Shown one piece after another: positions 1 through 9,841 of a DNA stretch of 64,000 nucleotides (the first letter of the stretch is position 1; each line of letters opens with the position of its first letter). The translations under genes and the position numbers were made by a program. The stretch covers positions 1-64,000 of the forward strand of contig JAWODM010000066.1 of NCBI GenBank assembly GCA_046483305.1, written 5' to 3'. This DNA comes from Candidatus Krumholzibacteriales bacterium (GTDB taxonomy: Bacteria > Krumholzibacteriota > Krumholzibacteriia > Krumholzibacteriales > WJIX01). Below the pieces are notes generated by a model. That model worked only from the letters and a program-made list of their open reading frames with translations. It did not search any database and had not been told where the DNA came from.

Positions 1-80
1 ACCAGGCTCTTCTCCTTCACCGTGATCCTGATATCACCGGCTGTCACATTCTTTATTCTCTCCAGGCGTCCTGTTTTCAT
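1..80 (-). CDS. N-terminal fragment of a probable second ABC-2 permease (runs off window)
   Basis: ATG at 80 reads MKTGRLERIKNVTAGDIRITVKEKSL, open to the window edge, 6 bp after the permease stop; product inferred from context. Confidence 0.5.
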   Translation of the reverse strand, partial: MKTGRLERIKNVTAGDIRITVKEKSL

Positions 81-86
81 CGGTTT

Positions 87-1346
87 CTAATTCCTCCTGA
101 CCAGTTTTCTCTCTATCAGGAATCCCCCGGGAAGGAGAGTGGCCAGCCCCACTCCGTAACATACCAGCACAGAAGTGATTATATCCCCTAGCGACGCATC
201 CATCAGGAACAGCTGCCTGAATCCCCTTCCTCCCCAGTAAACCGGGGATAAACGGCCTATCACCTGCAGGATGCCGGGAAGCTGCTCAAACGGGACCATG
301 CTCCCCCCGAAGAGAGCCAGCACAAGTATTACCACCGGTATTACCGTATCCGCCACTCTTTCCCTCGGTATCAATCCAAACATGAAGGACATCATTCCGG
401 TGCACATCAGCATAACCCCGATAAAATGAATGACCAGGGGAAGAGGGCTCCCCACGGCGATCCCGAAGGCGAGCACGCTCACCACTATTATGATTATACT
501 TACCAGCGCCGTTACCGAAAAAGTGACCAGCACCTTCCCCGCCGCTATCTCCGAGCCGCTGGCGGGCGAGGCAAGAACCCTTCTCAGGGTGCCGCCCTGT
601 TTCTCCCTTACCAGGTCCTTCAGGGTAATCTGGCTTATGAACAGGAGTCCGAACACCATACTGCCGGGGAGTACGTATGCATATATGTTCAATCCGTCTT
701 TCTCTTCCTCCTCTTCTTCGTCCGCGGCAACGGTCTCCGTCCGGAATTTAAGCACCGACCCGGACAGGTAAGCTCCTGAGAGAAGAATTCCGTCTCTGGA
801 ATCGTTCAGAAGGGCATTCATTTGCTCACTTTCCGGGAAGCTGCCGCTTTCAAAGATCGAGTCCAGCATCCCCAGGGGGCCGGAGAAGATAAAACCCGTC
901 CGGTCCAGCAGAACCACTCCGGTCTTTATCATCTCCTCCACTATCACCGGGAGGAAAGACTCGGAGGGATTCTTCAGGATTCTTATCTCCACGGGGCGTC
1001 TCTCGATGAAATCAGCGGTGAACCCTTCCGGTATCTCTATCATGGCGGAAGCTTTTCCCTTCGCCATCATCTCCTCGCCTTTGACTGAATCGACCACTTC
1101 CAGGTCGAGCATGGTGGCCAGGGTATCCTGCTGCATCGCTCCCTTCAGGAACCTGCTTACAATCCCGTTGTCCCTGTCGACCAGAAGCACCTTGATAGTG
1201 GGCATGCTTCCGTCGTTCTGCGAACCGAAAACCAGTCCTATCAACAGCGTCATGGTCAGAGGGACCAGCATCATCAGGAAGATCGCAAGCGGGGATTTCA
1301 TCCTTCTTCTGAGGTCGCAGAGGAATATTTTTATGACTCTGTTCAA
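87..1346 (-). CDS. ABC-2 type transporter permease
   Basis: N-terminal TM, large extracytoplasmic domain, REKQGGTLRRVLASP motif, C-terminal TM helices. Confidence 0.9.
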   Translation of the reverse strand: MNRVIKIFLCDLRRRMKSPLAIFLMMLVPLTMTLLIGLVFGSQNDGSMPTIKVLLVDRDNGIVSRFLKGAMQQDTLATMLDLEVVDSVKGEEMMAKGKASAMIEIPEGFTADFIERRPVEIRILKNPSESFLPVIVEEMIKTGVVLLDRTGFIFSGPLGMLDSIFESGSFPESEQMNALLNDSRDGILLSGAYLSGSVLKFRTETVAADEEEEEEKDGLNIYAYVLPGSMVFGLLFISQITLKDLVREKQGGTLRRVLASPASGSEIAAGKVLVTFSVTALVSIIIIVVSVLAFGIAVGSPLPLVIHFIGVMLMCTGMMSFMFGLIPRERVADTVIPVVILVLALFGGSMVPFEQLPGILQVIGRLSPVYWGGRGFRQLFLMDASLGDIITSVLVCYGVGLATLLPGGFLIERKLVRRN

Positions 1347-1379
1347 TAGAAGAAACCTTTCAATGAATCGGTATTATTT

Positions 1380-2297
1380 TCAATCTCTCAGTTCGTACCC
1401 GGTTATCCTCAGAAAGACGGACTCCAGGCTGGGCTCTCTTATCGAAACATTCTCTATATGATGGCCCGCCTTGAGGAATCTGTTCAGCAGCCTTCCGGTA
1501 GTCTCCTTCTCCGGAACGAAGAAGCGGGCCAGGTGATCTTCCATATGGTCAACCCTTACATTCTCCAGTATCCGCTCGGCCTGGTCGGCGCTGAAATCAC
1601 CGGTTATGGCTACCAGGTCCTCCTCGCCGGCCAACTCGGTCAGCTCACGCAGGGTTCCCTCGGCGTGAATTGCCCCCCGGTCTATTATGGCTATCCTGTC
1701 GCAGAGGCTTTCCGCCTCTTCCAGGTAATGAGTGGTATATATTACCGTTTTTCCTCCGGATACCTCGTCCTTTATTATACCCAGGATGTTGTTCCGGGCC
1801 TGGGGATCTATTCCCAGGGTCGGTTCGTCCAGCAGTATAAGTTCGGGGTCGTGTATCAGGCCCGCACCAAGATTGATTCTCCTCTTCATTCCTCCGGAAT
1901 AATCGCGGACCGGATCATCGGCTCTTTCGGCAAGCCCTATCAGTTCCAGAATCCTATCCGCGGAATTGCGCAGCCCGCTTCCGGAGAGCCCATAGAGCGA
2001 TCCCCAGAAATGAAGGTTCTCTCTCCCGCTGAGTTCATCGTAAAGGGCAATCTCCTGGGGTACGATACCAAGCACTTCGCTTACCCTCCGGTTGGACCCT
2101 CCCGCTTCCATCCCGGCAACCCTGATGGAGCCCGAATCGGGCTTGAGCAGGCCCGAGATCATGGAGATGGTGGTGGTCTTTCCCGCTCCATTGGGCCCCA
2201 GGAGCCCGAATATCTCACCTTTTTCAACTCCGAAGCTTATACCGGCGACCGCTTCCAGTTCGCCGAATGACTTTCTGATTTCGTTTACTTCGATCAT
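1380..2297 (-). CDS. ABC transporter ATP-binding protein
   Basis: Walker A GPNGAGKT, signature YSGGMKRR, Walker B LILLDEP; start moved to MIEVNE behind a GGAGGAG RBS. Confidence 0.95.
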   Translation of the reverse strand: MIEVNEIRKSFGELEAVAGISFGVEKGEIFGLLGPNGAGKTTTISMISGLLKPDSGSIRVAGMEAGGSNRRVSEVLGIVPQEIALYDELSGRENLHFWGSLYGLSGSGLRNSADRILELIGLAERADDPVRDYSGGMKRRINLGAGLIHDPELILLDEPTLGIDPQARNNILGIIKDEVSGGKTVIYTTHYLEEAESLCDRIAIIDRGAIHAEGTLRELTELAGEEDLVAITGDFSADQAERILENVRVDHMEDHLARFFVPEKETTGRLLNRFLKAGHHIENVSIREPSLESVFLRITGYELRD

Positions 2298-2403
2298 AAA
2301 CTCCTCCCCCGCAGAATGCCGCCTGACATAATTAAATATCCCGATCGCCATAAAACGGGCAATAGATATAATAACAGCGCGGGGTTATCATTCCATAAAA
2401 ATC

Positions 2404-4611
2404 CTATCCCTTTGTTACCTTTATCCGGCCATCGCCGGAGATTATTTCACCGATAACCGCCGCCGCGGAGAGGCCGGCTTCCTCAAGCCTGGCCTTCAGC
2501 TCTTCCGCCTTCTCTGCCGGGAGAGATATCAGCAGCCCCCCCGAAGTCTGCGCATCGCATAAGACTATCCTGTCTGTCCTGGATATCTTCCCGCCCCATT
2601 CAATCAGGCCGGATATATAATCAAGATTACTGAGGGTTCCGCCGGGGACTGCGCCGGCGGCCGCAAGTTCTCTCACCCCTTCCATAACCGGGACCTTGCC
2701 CGCAGAGATAACCGCCATTAAATCCCCCTTCCCGATCATTTCACTCAGATGTCCCAGCAGCCCGAACCCGGTAACATCTGTGCAGGCGCTGACCTCAAAG
2801 CCGGCCGCCGTCTCGGCCGCCGTCCTGTTCAGCTCGCTCATTACGGATATCAATTCCTTTTCCCTATCCCGCTCCAGGAGCCCTCTCTTGAGAGCGGTGG
2901 ACAGAATCCCGGTCCCCAGGGGCTTGGTCAGAATAAGGGCGTCCCCCTCCTTCAGGCCGGAATTGGTCAGGACCCTGTCCGGATGGACCAGCCCGGTAAC
3001 GGCCAGCCCGAATTTGGGCTCGGTATCATCCACGGTGTGCCCTCCCAGGATACTGACGCCCGCCTCGGCGGCCTTTTCCCTGGCACCCTCCAGAATACTC
3101 CGCAGAACCTCCAGGGGAAGACGGTTGGAAGGAAACCCGGCTATGTTGAGAGCGAAAATCGGAGCGGCCCCCATGGCGTAAATATCGCTGAAAGAGTTCG
3201 CCGCCGCTATCGCCCCGAAGCTGTATGGATCATCCACCACCGGAGTAAAGAAATCGAGTGTCTGGACCACGGCGGTATCCCTGTTTATCCTGTACACGGT
3301 TGCGTCATCCATAGTCTCGGTTCCCACTATTATATTGGGGTCGGACGGAACCGGAAGGTCCCGCAGGATCTGCTCCAGGGCCTGGGGCCTCAGTTTGCAG
3401 GCGCAGCCGAGGCCGTGAGTGAAACGGGTAAGCCTTATTCCGGTCCCGGTTCCCGGTGAAGAGGCCTTTCCGGCTCCGGAAGGAGAGAGCCTTTCCGCCG
3501 CACCGGATATCAGCTCGACCGCCCGGTCAATCTCATCTTCAGTGGTAAACCTGCCGACGGAGAAACGCACCGTACCGATGGCATAATCCCGGGGGGTGCC
3601 CATGGCGGAGAGCGTCCGGGATATATCCACCGAATCTGAATGACAGGCCGCCCCGGGAGATGCGGCCACTCCTTCAAGTTCGCTGAGCAGTGTGGAAGCT
3701 TCTATCCCGGGGAATCCGACACTCAGGGTATTGGGCAGCCTCAGCTCGGGGTGTCCGTTAAGCCTGATGCCGGGGTTACGCTTCTCCAGGCCCCGGTGCA
3801 GCCTGTCCCGCAGTTTCTTCATTCTTTTTCCCTCAGCTTTCAGATTCTCGCCGGCAATTTTACAGGCAGCGCCCAGCCCCACGATCTCCAGCACATTCTC
3901 CGTGCCCGCCCGCATACCCTGCTCCTGGTCCGCTCCATGCATTATACTGGCGATTCTAACCCCTCCGCGGATATACAGAGCCCCTATCCCCTTGGGAGCA
4001 TACAGCTTGTGACCTGCCACCGTCAGCATATCCACTCCCAGCTCCCTCACATCCACCGGTATCTTTCCGACGGCCTGAGCGGCGTCGGTATGAAAAAGTA
4101 TACCCCTATCAGCCGCTATCCGGGCGAGCTCCCTGACCGGCTGGATAGTTCCTACCTCGTTGTTGGCCAGCATTACGGAAATAAGAATGGTGTCCGGCGA
4201 TACCGCCCTGCTGAGATCCTCCGGATCGACCATGCCTGTCTCGTCCACCTTTAGACAGGTAATCCGGAAGCCTTCTTCTTCCAGGCACCCGCAAACTTCG
4301 AGTACCGCCGGGTGCTCAAACGAAGAGGTAATTATATGGCTGCCGGAATCTCGGTTTGCCATGGCGGCGCCCTTGATTGCCAGATTATCCGATTCGCTTC
4401 CTCCGCTGGTAAATATAATCTCGGCGGGGTCACAATTGAGCAGGCCGGCAACCTGTCCCCTGGCCTTCTCAACGGCCTTTCTGGCCTGTACTCCGTACCA
4501 GTGGCCGCTGGAGGGATTTCCGAAAATCTTTTCCAGATAGGGCCGCATCGCCCGGGCCACAGAAGGGTCCACCGGGGTAGTGGCGTTATAGTCCAGATAT
4601 ATCGGTTTCAT
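2404..4611 (-). CDS. selD: Fusion of NifS-like cysteine desulfurase/selenocysteine lyase (N-term) and selenide,water dikinase SelD (C-term)
   Basis: IYLDYNATTP, FTSGGSESDN, HTDAAQAVGK, AGHKLY, GAACHS; then RLTRFTHGLGCACKL, DFFTPVVDDP, ANSFSDIYAMG, GGHT, DVTGFGLLGH, DAQTSGGLL. Confidence 0.93.
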   Translation of the reverse strand: MKPIYLDYNATTPVDPSVARAMRPYLEKIFGNPSSGHWYGVQARKAVEKARGQVAGLLNCDPAEIIFTSGGSESDNLAIKGAAMANRDSGSHIITSSFEHPAVLEVCGCLEEEGFRITCLKVDETGMVDPEDLSRAVSPDTILISVMLANNEVGTIQPVRELARIAADRGILFHTDAAQAVGKIPVDVRELGVDMLTVAGHKLYAPKGIGALYIRGGVRIASIMHGADQEQGMRAGTENVLEIVGLGAACKIAGENLKAEGKRMKKLRDRLHRGLEKRNPGIRLNGHPELRLPNTLSVGFPGIEASTLLSELEGVAASPGAACHSDSVDISRTLSAMGTPRDYAIGTVRFSVGRFTTEDEIDRAVELISGAAERLSPSGAGKASSPGTGTGIRLTRFTHGLGCACKLRPQALEQILRDLPVPSDPNIIVGTETMDDATVYRINRDTAVVQTLDFFTPVVDDPYSFGAIAAANSFSDIYAMGAAPIFALNIAGFPSNRLPLEVLRSILEGAREKAAEAGVSILGGHTVDDTEPKFGLAVTGLVHPDRVLTNSGLKEGDALILTKPLGTGILSTALKRGLLERDREKELISVMSELNRTAAETAAGFEVSACTDVTGFGLLGHLSEMIGKGDLMAVISAGKVPVMEGVRELAAAGAVPGGTLSNLDYISGLIEWGGKISRTDRIVLCDAQTSGGLLISLPAEKAEELKARLEEAGLSAAAVIGEIISGDGRIKVTKG

Positions 4612-4679
4612 GAATCCCTCTCCTTCCGTTTCGAAGATCGGGGTCAAGCCCCTCAACGGGGTGTTCAATCCAAAGCTCC

Positions 4680-5720
4680 CTATTCCAGGTCCAGATGCTC
4701 TGCCACATCCCTGTAGCCCGGAGCTTCCGCGAAAATGCTCTCCAGCTCGGAGCGGGCCCTGCTTTTCCTGCCCAGCTCACGGTAAATCAGAGCGCGTTCG
4801 TATCTTACCGCCCGGATAATCTCCTCGCTCCTGTTCTTCTTTTTTCTGCATGCAGCGGTGAGGGTATCCCGCGCCGCAGTGAGAAGGCCCAGGTTCCGGA
4901 GCGCTTTTCCCTTATAAAGCATCAGCGCCGCATGGATGCTTGATTCGTTCCGGATATCCTTTGTCATCTCCACTATTCTTCGCGAGACCTTCCGGTCCTC
5001 CGGGTAACCTTCCGTCAGAAGTTCCGCCAGGGATAGCTTTATCACCGGGTCCGACGGATCCAGTTTCATGAGCATCCTCAGAACACCGGCCGCCTCTTCG
5101 TATTCGCCCTGTTCCTGAAGCGCCTCTACCATCCCCAGAAGCAGCCCCCGCCTGCCCGGCCTGATGTGGGCTGCTACTTCCTCCGTTATCGGCATGGTCA
5201 TCCTCAGTGAAATCCCGTACTTGTTGAAATACCTGCACAGCTGGCCATGCTTCCGGTCCGCTTTCCTCATGGCTTCAGCGGCTTTCCTGTAATTTCCCTT
5301 CTTGAGATGTATAAATCCCGCCATGAAAGCGGCATCGGCGATATGGGCCGATTTCTCGAAATATTCCAGAGATTTCTCCTCATCGCCGGCAACGAAGCTC
5401 TTGAGCCCATCCACGAAATCCTCTTCTTCCTGCGGTATGAATAGACGCTTGAAAAATCCCAGATCCAGGCGGTTTTCAGGAGGTGCCGGCGCAGGGGGCT
5501 CCGGCCTGCTCTTTCTCCCTCCCTTTTTCTTTTTCCCGCTCGAGCCGGTCTCGGTATAGTACAAACCTGTCCCCGGCATTCCCAGGGTCTTTCTGACCCC
5601 GCTGGTACCCACCGTCAGCTTCGCGCCCCTGGGTCCGAGCGAGAAGGAACCGCCGCTCTTGCTTAGATTGAGCCGGATTCCCGGCAGTATGTTCTTGCGC
5701 CTAATGAATCTGAATGACAT
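4680..5720 (-). CDS. DUF4236 domain protein with C-terminal TPR-like repeats
   Basis: MSFRFIRRKNILPGIRLNLSKSG...PGTGLYY matches the DUF4236 pattern; helical repeats follow; GGAGG RBS before ATG 5720. Confidence 0.8.
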   Translation of the reverse strand: MSFRFIRRKNILPGIRLNLSKSGGSFSLGPRGAKLTVGTSGVRKTLGMPGTGLYYTETGSSGKKKKGGRKSRPEPPAPAPPENRLDLGFFKRLFIPQEEEDFVDGLKSFVAGDEEKSLEYFEKSAHIADAAFMAGFIHLKKGNYRKAAEAMRKADRKHGQLCRYFNKYGISLRMTMPITEEVAAHIRPGRRGLLLGMVEALQEQGEYEEAAGVLRMLMKLDPSDPVIKLSLAELLTEGYPEDRKVSRRIVEMTKDIRNESSIHAALMLYKGKALRNLGLLTAARDTLTAACRKKKNRSEEIIRAVRYERALIYRELGRKSRARSELESIFAEAPGYRDVAEHLDLE

Positions 5721-5900
5721 GATCGGCCTCCCCCTTAAGACTTCTCGACTGCTGATAGCCTGAAAATCGCATAACCACACCGGTTAACAGTTTAACAGCC
5801 GGAATATAATTTTCAAACCATAATAACCCGGCCCCCGGCACGGATCCAGCTGATCAGGGAACCGGTTATTCCGGGGCTGGAGCAGAATCAGTCTCCATAT

Positions 5901-8900
5901 TCAGATCTCCTCCAGCAGAACCTCCACCGCCTTCTCCAGCTGGGGGTCGCTGCCGTCCGCCTTGCTTCCGGGAGGGTTATCCACTATGATATCGGGCACC
6001 GCGGGTCCGTGCTCCATATTCTGATCGGTAGCTTTCACATACCAGGCCCGGAAGGGAAGCCTTACCAGGGAACCGTCTATCAGTCTCTTGCCGCCGGTGG
6101 ATATTACCGCCCCGAAGGTCGGCTTGCCGACCAGGGTTCCAATGTCCAGAGTCTTGTAGGCGTGCGAGAAAATCTCGGCGTTGGAATAGCTCGATTCGTT
6201 GCAGATAGCCACCGAGGGTTTCATCCAGGGATAGAAGGGGAGGCGTTCCGCGTAAGGGTAGTATTCTCTGAACTTAAGGTGTTCCTTCTTAAGATTCTTT
6301 GCCGCTCCCCTGGGAATGGTATAGGCATGCTGATCTATGTTCAGAACAGCCATCAGGTAATCGGTGGTCCATCCTCCGCCGTTGAACCTTACGTCAATCA
6401 CTATACCGTCCTTACCCGAACCGGCTGCGGTAAACTCTCTCTCGAAACGCTCAAAGCTCCGCCATCCCATGGCCTGTATATGAAGGTAACCAAGCCTGCC
6501 ACCGGACATATCTTCGGTAAGCTCCCGCCTCTGGTCCACCCACTCGTCATAAAGCTCTTCGCGTATGCTCCCGGCCGGCCTGATCGCCACCTCTCTTTCC
6601 CTGCCCTGTTTATTTTCGACCGAAAGCAGAAGTTTCTCCCCCGGTTTATTAACCAGCAGGGAATAGAAATTTACTCCTCTTTCCACCGGTTTTCCATCAA
6701 CGGCTGTAATCAGATCACCCTGATAGAGCCTGCTGGAGGTTCTGTCAGCCGGGGTTTCCGGTATCACCCTTATTACCTTAACCCCGTTCCCAGCCGGTTC
6801 TATCTCGACCCCCAGCAAACCGGTCTTTTCTTCCTGTGTTTCGGCCCTGTCTCTGCCGTACAGTCCCATATGGCTGGCATCCAGCTGGCCCGCCATGATA
6901 TTGAATACATCCCTGAAATCGCGCTTGGTGGAAGCTGTCATCGCCCATTCCCTGTACTTGTCCACCATAGACTCCCAGTCTTTCCCGTGAAAGTCGGGAT
7001 CATAAAAACCGGCGGAAAGGGTTCTGCATGCTTCGTTGAATATCTGCTTTCTCTCCAACCTGTGGTCGATCTTCATGGAGGCTGCGAAAGCGATATTTTC
7101 CGGATCCTTGCCGGAAAAGCTCATCCTGGCCAGCCTGCCCTTTTTGAGCATGTATAAGCGCTTCTCACCAGCCCTCAGGAAGGACGGGCTCTGTCCCCCG
7201 CTGGTCAGCTGCTTCATTTCTTTTCCGTCCCACTTGATCGAGAACAGGTCGGTTCCTTCGCCCGAAGGGCTGACAGCCGTAAAGTAGAACGTTTTTCCGT
7301 CATCCGATATGAGGATGCCGTTCTCGTCACCCGGAAGGGATGTCACCTGCCGGAGCCGCTCATGAATATCCTCGAAATCAATCTGAACCGCTTCCTCTTC
7401 CTCTCCGTCATCCCCTCCGTCTTCCCCGCCATTTTCCTCCTCTTCCCAGTCCTGTTGAGTCTTCTCCCAGTCGCTCTTCTTAAGCCATACGAACCACAGA
7501 TCGTTGTCCCGGTTGTTTCTTGATGAGATAAAACCCAGTTTGCCTCCGTCCGGGCTCCATTCGGGGCTGTAGTCACCACGTGGGTGCATACTTATATTTA
7601 CCGGTTCTCCGGAGCCGTCCGCGGCATGAATATAAATCTCCGCATTGAAATTAAGATCTTCCAGCGAATAGGCCAGGTAATTTCCGTCAGGGCTCCAGGC
7701 AATCCCTTCGGGGGTTGACCACCCGTCCAGAAGGACCTTCTCTCCGGTAATTCCGCCGTCCCTGTCAATTGAGGCGGTGATAAGCGTGCCCCTCCCCCGC
7801 AGGAATGAGATCTTACCCCTCTCCGGCGATACCGTCAGGGAAGATTCATCCTCCCGGGTCTCGGTCAGCCTCTCTGTGGCCAGCTTCAGGGTCCTGAACA
7901 GGTCTGTCTCTTCATCATCCGCCGACCTGACCAGGTACAGGTCGTACTGCCCTCCCCGGTCGCTCAGGTAAACAAGGGTAGTGTCGCTGATCCATACCGG
8001 CTCGATATCCCGGAAAGCTGAGCGGCTTATATTCACGGTCTTCTTTTTCTTCTTATGATTCTCCGTTATGAATATTTCTCCCCGGATTACCATGGCGCTG
8101 TATTTTCCGTTCGGAGAGATAGAATAGTAATTGACGTTCGAGGTATAGCTCTTGTATTCCACCGGGTCAAACCGGTAATCGGTTCCCGCGTCGATGACCA
8201 GCTCCTCAGCCCCGCTTCCGTCGGCATTGATAAGGTATATCCCGGTGCCCCTTTCGGCCACTATTCTATCCGACTCCCCGCTGACATCGAAATAACGGAT
8301 TCCATCCCCTTCGAAATCGGTTATCTGAACCGGCTCGCCCGGTTCCGGGCCTTTCAGGGAAATGGAATAGATATTATAGTTTCCGCTCCGGCTGCTGAGA
8401 AAATAGAGGGTATCCCGGTCATACCACCTGGGATAGATATCCTGCGCGTCGGATCCGTCTATCCTGGTATAGCTGTCCTTTTCGGTGTCGTATATCCAGA
8501 TCTTCCGGTTTGCCGGGCCTCTGTAGTATTCCCTGGTAATCCTGCAGGCGCCGCGCACAAAAGCTATATATCTTCCCCCGGGGGAAACGGCTGCCATGCT
8601 GCCCAGACCGTCCAGCGCCCTGACCGGAGTTGAACCGCCCGGTTCCACCGAGTGAATCTCCCCCTCCCATTCAACCTGACGGTAGTTCCTCGTGGTAGAA
8701 AAGAGTATACCATATTCCCCGCTCCAGTCACTGACCACATCGTCGGAAGAGTGCCAGGTCAGCCGCCTGGGCATTCCGCCCCCCGCCGGAATCACAAATA
8801 GGTCATCATTGCCGGCCCTTCCGCTGGTGAAGGCTATCTGCCCGCCGTCGGGGCTCCAGCACGGATACCCTTCATACCCCTCGTGAATGGTCAGCCGTTT

Positions 8901-9071
8901 GATATCCGTTCCGTCCAGGGCCGCAGTCCAGATATCGCCCTGGTATGAAAAAGCTATTCCGGTTCCTGAATGGTTGAAGGCCGGATAACGTATCAATTCG
9001 GTCGCCCCGGCTGACTCCTGAACTGCAGGCAGGAGGGCTGCAAGTATCATTAATACGGTTATTTTCTTCAC
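5901..9071 (-). CDS. Tricorn-like S41 family protease (signal peptide, PD40 propellers, PDZ)
   Basis: IAFSYQGDIW, WSPDG repeats, GRLGYLHI, IDVRFNGGG, SYSNAEIF; GTG start at 9071 precedes a signal peptide. Confidence 0.92.
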   Translation of the reverse strand: MKKITVLMILAALLPAVQESAGATELIRYPAFNHSGTGIAFSYQGDIWTAALDGTDIKRLTIHEGYEGYPCWSPDGGQIAFTSGRAGNDDLFVIPAGGGMPRRLTWHSSDDVVSDWSGEYGILFSTTRNYRQVEWEGEIHSVEPGGSTPVRALDGLGSMAAVSPGGRYIAFVRGACRITREYYRGPANRKIWIYDTEKDSYTRIDGSDAQDIYPRWYDRDTLYFLSSRSGNYNIYSISLKGPEPGEPVQITDFEGDGIRYFDVSGESDRIVAERGTGIYLINADGSGAEELVIDAGTDYRFDPVEYKSYTSNVNYYSISPNGKYSAMVIRGEIFITENHKKKKKTVNISRSAFRDIEPVWISDTTLVYLSDRGGQYDLYLVRSADDEETDLFRTLKLATERLTETREDESSLTVSPERGKISFLRGRGTLITASIDRDGGITGEKVLLDGWSTPEGIAWSPDGNYLAYSLEDLNFNAEIYIHAADGSGEPVNISMHPRGDYSPEWSPDGGKLGFISSRNNRDNDLWFVWLKKSDWEKTQQDWEEEENGGEDGGDDGEEEEAVQIDFEDIHERLRQVTSLPGDENGILISDDGKTFYFTAVSPSGEGTDLFSIKWDGKEMKQLTSGGQSPSFLRAGEKRLYMLKKGRLARMSFSGKDPENIAFAASMKIDHRLERKQIFNEACRTLSAGFYDPDFHGKDWESMVDKYREWAMTASTKRDFRDVFNIMAGQLDASHMGLYGRDRAETQEEKTGLLGVEIEPAGNGVKVIRVIPETPADRTSSRLYQGDLITAVDGKPVERGVNFYSLLVNKPGEKLLLSVENKQGREREVAIRPAGSIREELYDEWVDQRRELTEDMSGGRLGYLHIQAMGWRSFERFEREFTAAGSGKDGIVIDVRFNGGGWTTDYLMAVLNIDQHAYTIPRGAAKNLKKEHLKFREYYPYAERLPFYPWMKPSVAICNESSYSNAEIFSHAYKTLDIGTLVGKPTFGAVISTGGKRLIDGSLVRLPFRAWYVKATDQNMEHGPAVPDIIVDNPPGSKADGSDPQLEKAVEVLLEEI

Positions 9072-9308
9072 TTGAATCACCCTTTCCTCGATAAGAAATA
9101 ATGAAATAAATCCTGACTCAAAATTTGAAAGGTAATAGTACAGAAAAAAGAAAAGCCGCTCAACAATAATAATTATATTTTCGAAGAAGCGGGGGTTTGC
9201 GATTATAAAGCTTCTCATTCCCCTTTAAAAATCACGGCTGCAGGACAGCGCATTAAGGGAAGGCGCCTTCACGTTTTATTTCCCGGTTGCGGTGGAAAGG
9301 ATTCCTGG

Positions 9309-9338
9309 AAAAAAAAGTCCCCTCTATTGAAGGGGACT
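9309..9338 (-). terminator. Rho-independent terminator after the zinc-ribbon gene
   Basis: AGTCCCCT-7nt-AGGGGACT followed by a T run on the minus strand. Confidence 0.8.
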
Positions 9339-9372
9339 CTAACAGCACGGTGTGCTCTGCCGTCTTTTATTG

Positions 9373-9389
9373 ATCGGCGGACCGCCGAT
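9373..9389 (-). promoter_or_regulatory. Candidate bacterial SECIS element
   Basis: Hairpin ATCGGCG-GTC-CGCCGAT begins 15 nt after the in-frame TGA (9405-9407); G-U in the apical loop. Confidence 0.6.
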
Positions 9390-9575
9390 TTACCATCTGG
9401 GGCCTCAACCGCCGCCGGACGGGTAACATCCCGAACCCGGCGAACTGAACTTCGAGAAAAGCTTTTCAACTTTGCCGGAGCCGCATTGAGGGCAGCTGAC
9501 CTTGCTGTCGTATGACTTCACCAGCTCCCTGAATTCAACCCCGCATCTGGAACAGGAATATCTGTAAATCGGCAT
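9390..9575 (-). CDS. FmdB-family zinc-ribbon protein, candidate selenoprotein (61 aa with Sec; 56 aa if TGA is a stop)
   Basis: Absent from ORF track. Reads MPIYRYSCSRCGVEFRELVKSYDSKVSCPQCGSGKVEKLFSKFSSPGSGCYPSGGG(TGA)GPRW(TAA); two CxxC motifs; GAGG RBS. Confidence 0.85.
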
Positions 9576-9841
9576 ATCTGTTATTTCCTCTCTTAATTAA
9601 TCCTGAGCTATTCGCTCTCAGGGCTATCCGTCCTGTCAACCTTTTCGTCTTTTTCCCTGCTTCCTGGCCGGTCCCCGGCCGAGCATCTTACGCTCAGTCA
9701 GGTGGGCACTCCCGCCCGGGGGAGCAGATACTTCATAATTATAAACCATGCTGCAAGCAGCAATACTATAAAGGCAAAACCGCCCATTTTTTCTCCCTTG
9801 CCGCCGGAAACCGGTAAGGCCCCGGCAGCCGACCATGACAG

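Noticed and set aside
3381..3420. Possible Sec codon in the SelD active site
   Set aside because: Both positions are TGC (GCACK); this SelD is the Cys form.
9269..9515. Track ORFs 9269-9469 (-) and 9327-9515 (+)
   Set aside because: They overlap the zinc-ribbon gene, hairpin and terminator, and have no recognisable motifs.
9321..9560. Initially looked like a riboswitch or ncRNA upstream of the tricorn gene
   Set aside because: Better explained as the zinc-ribbon CDS plus its 3' hairpins and terminator.
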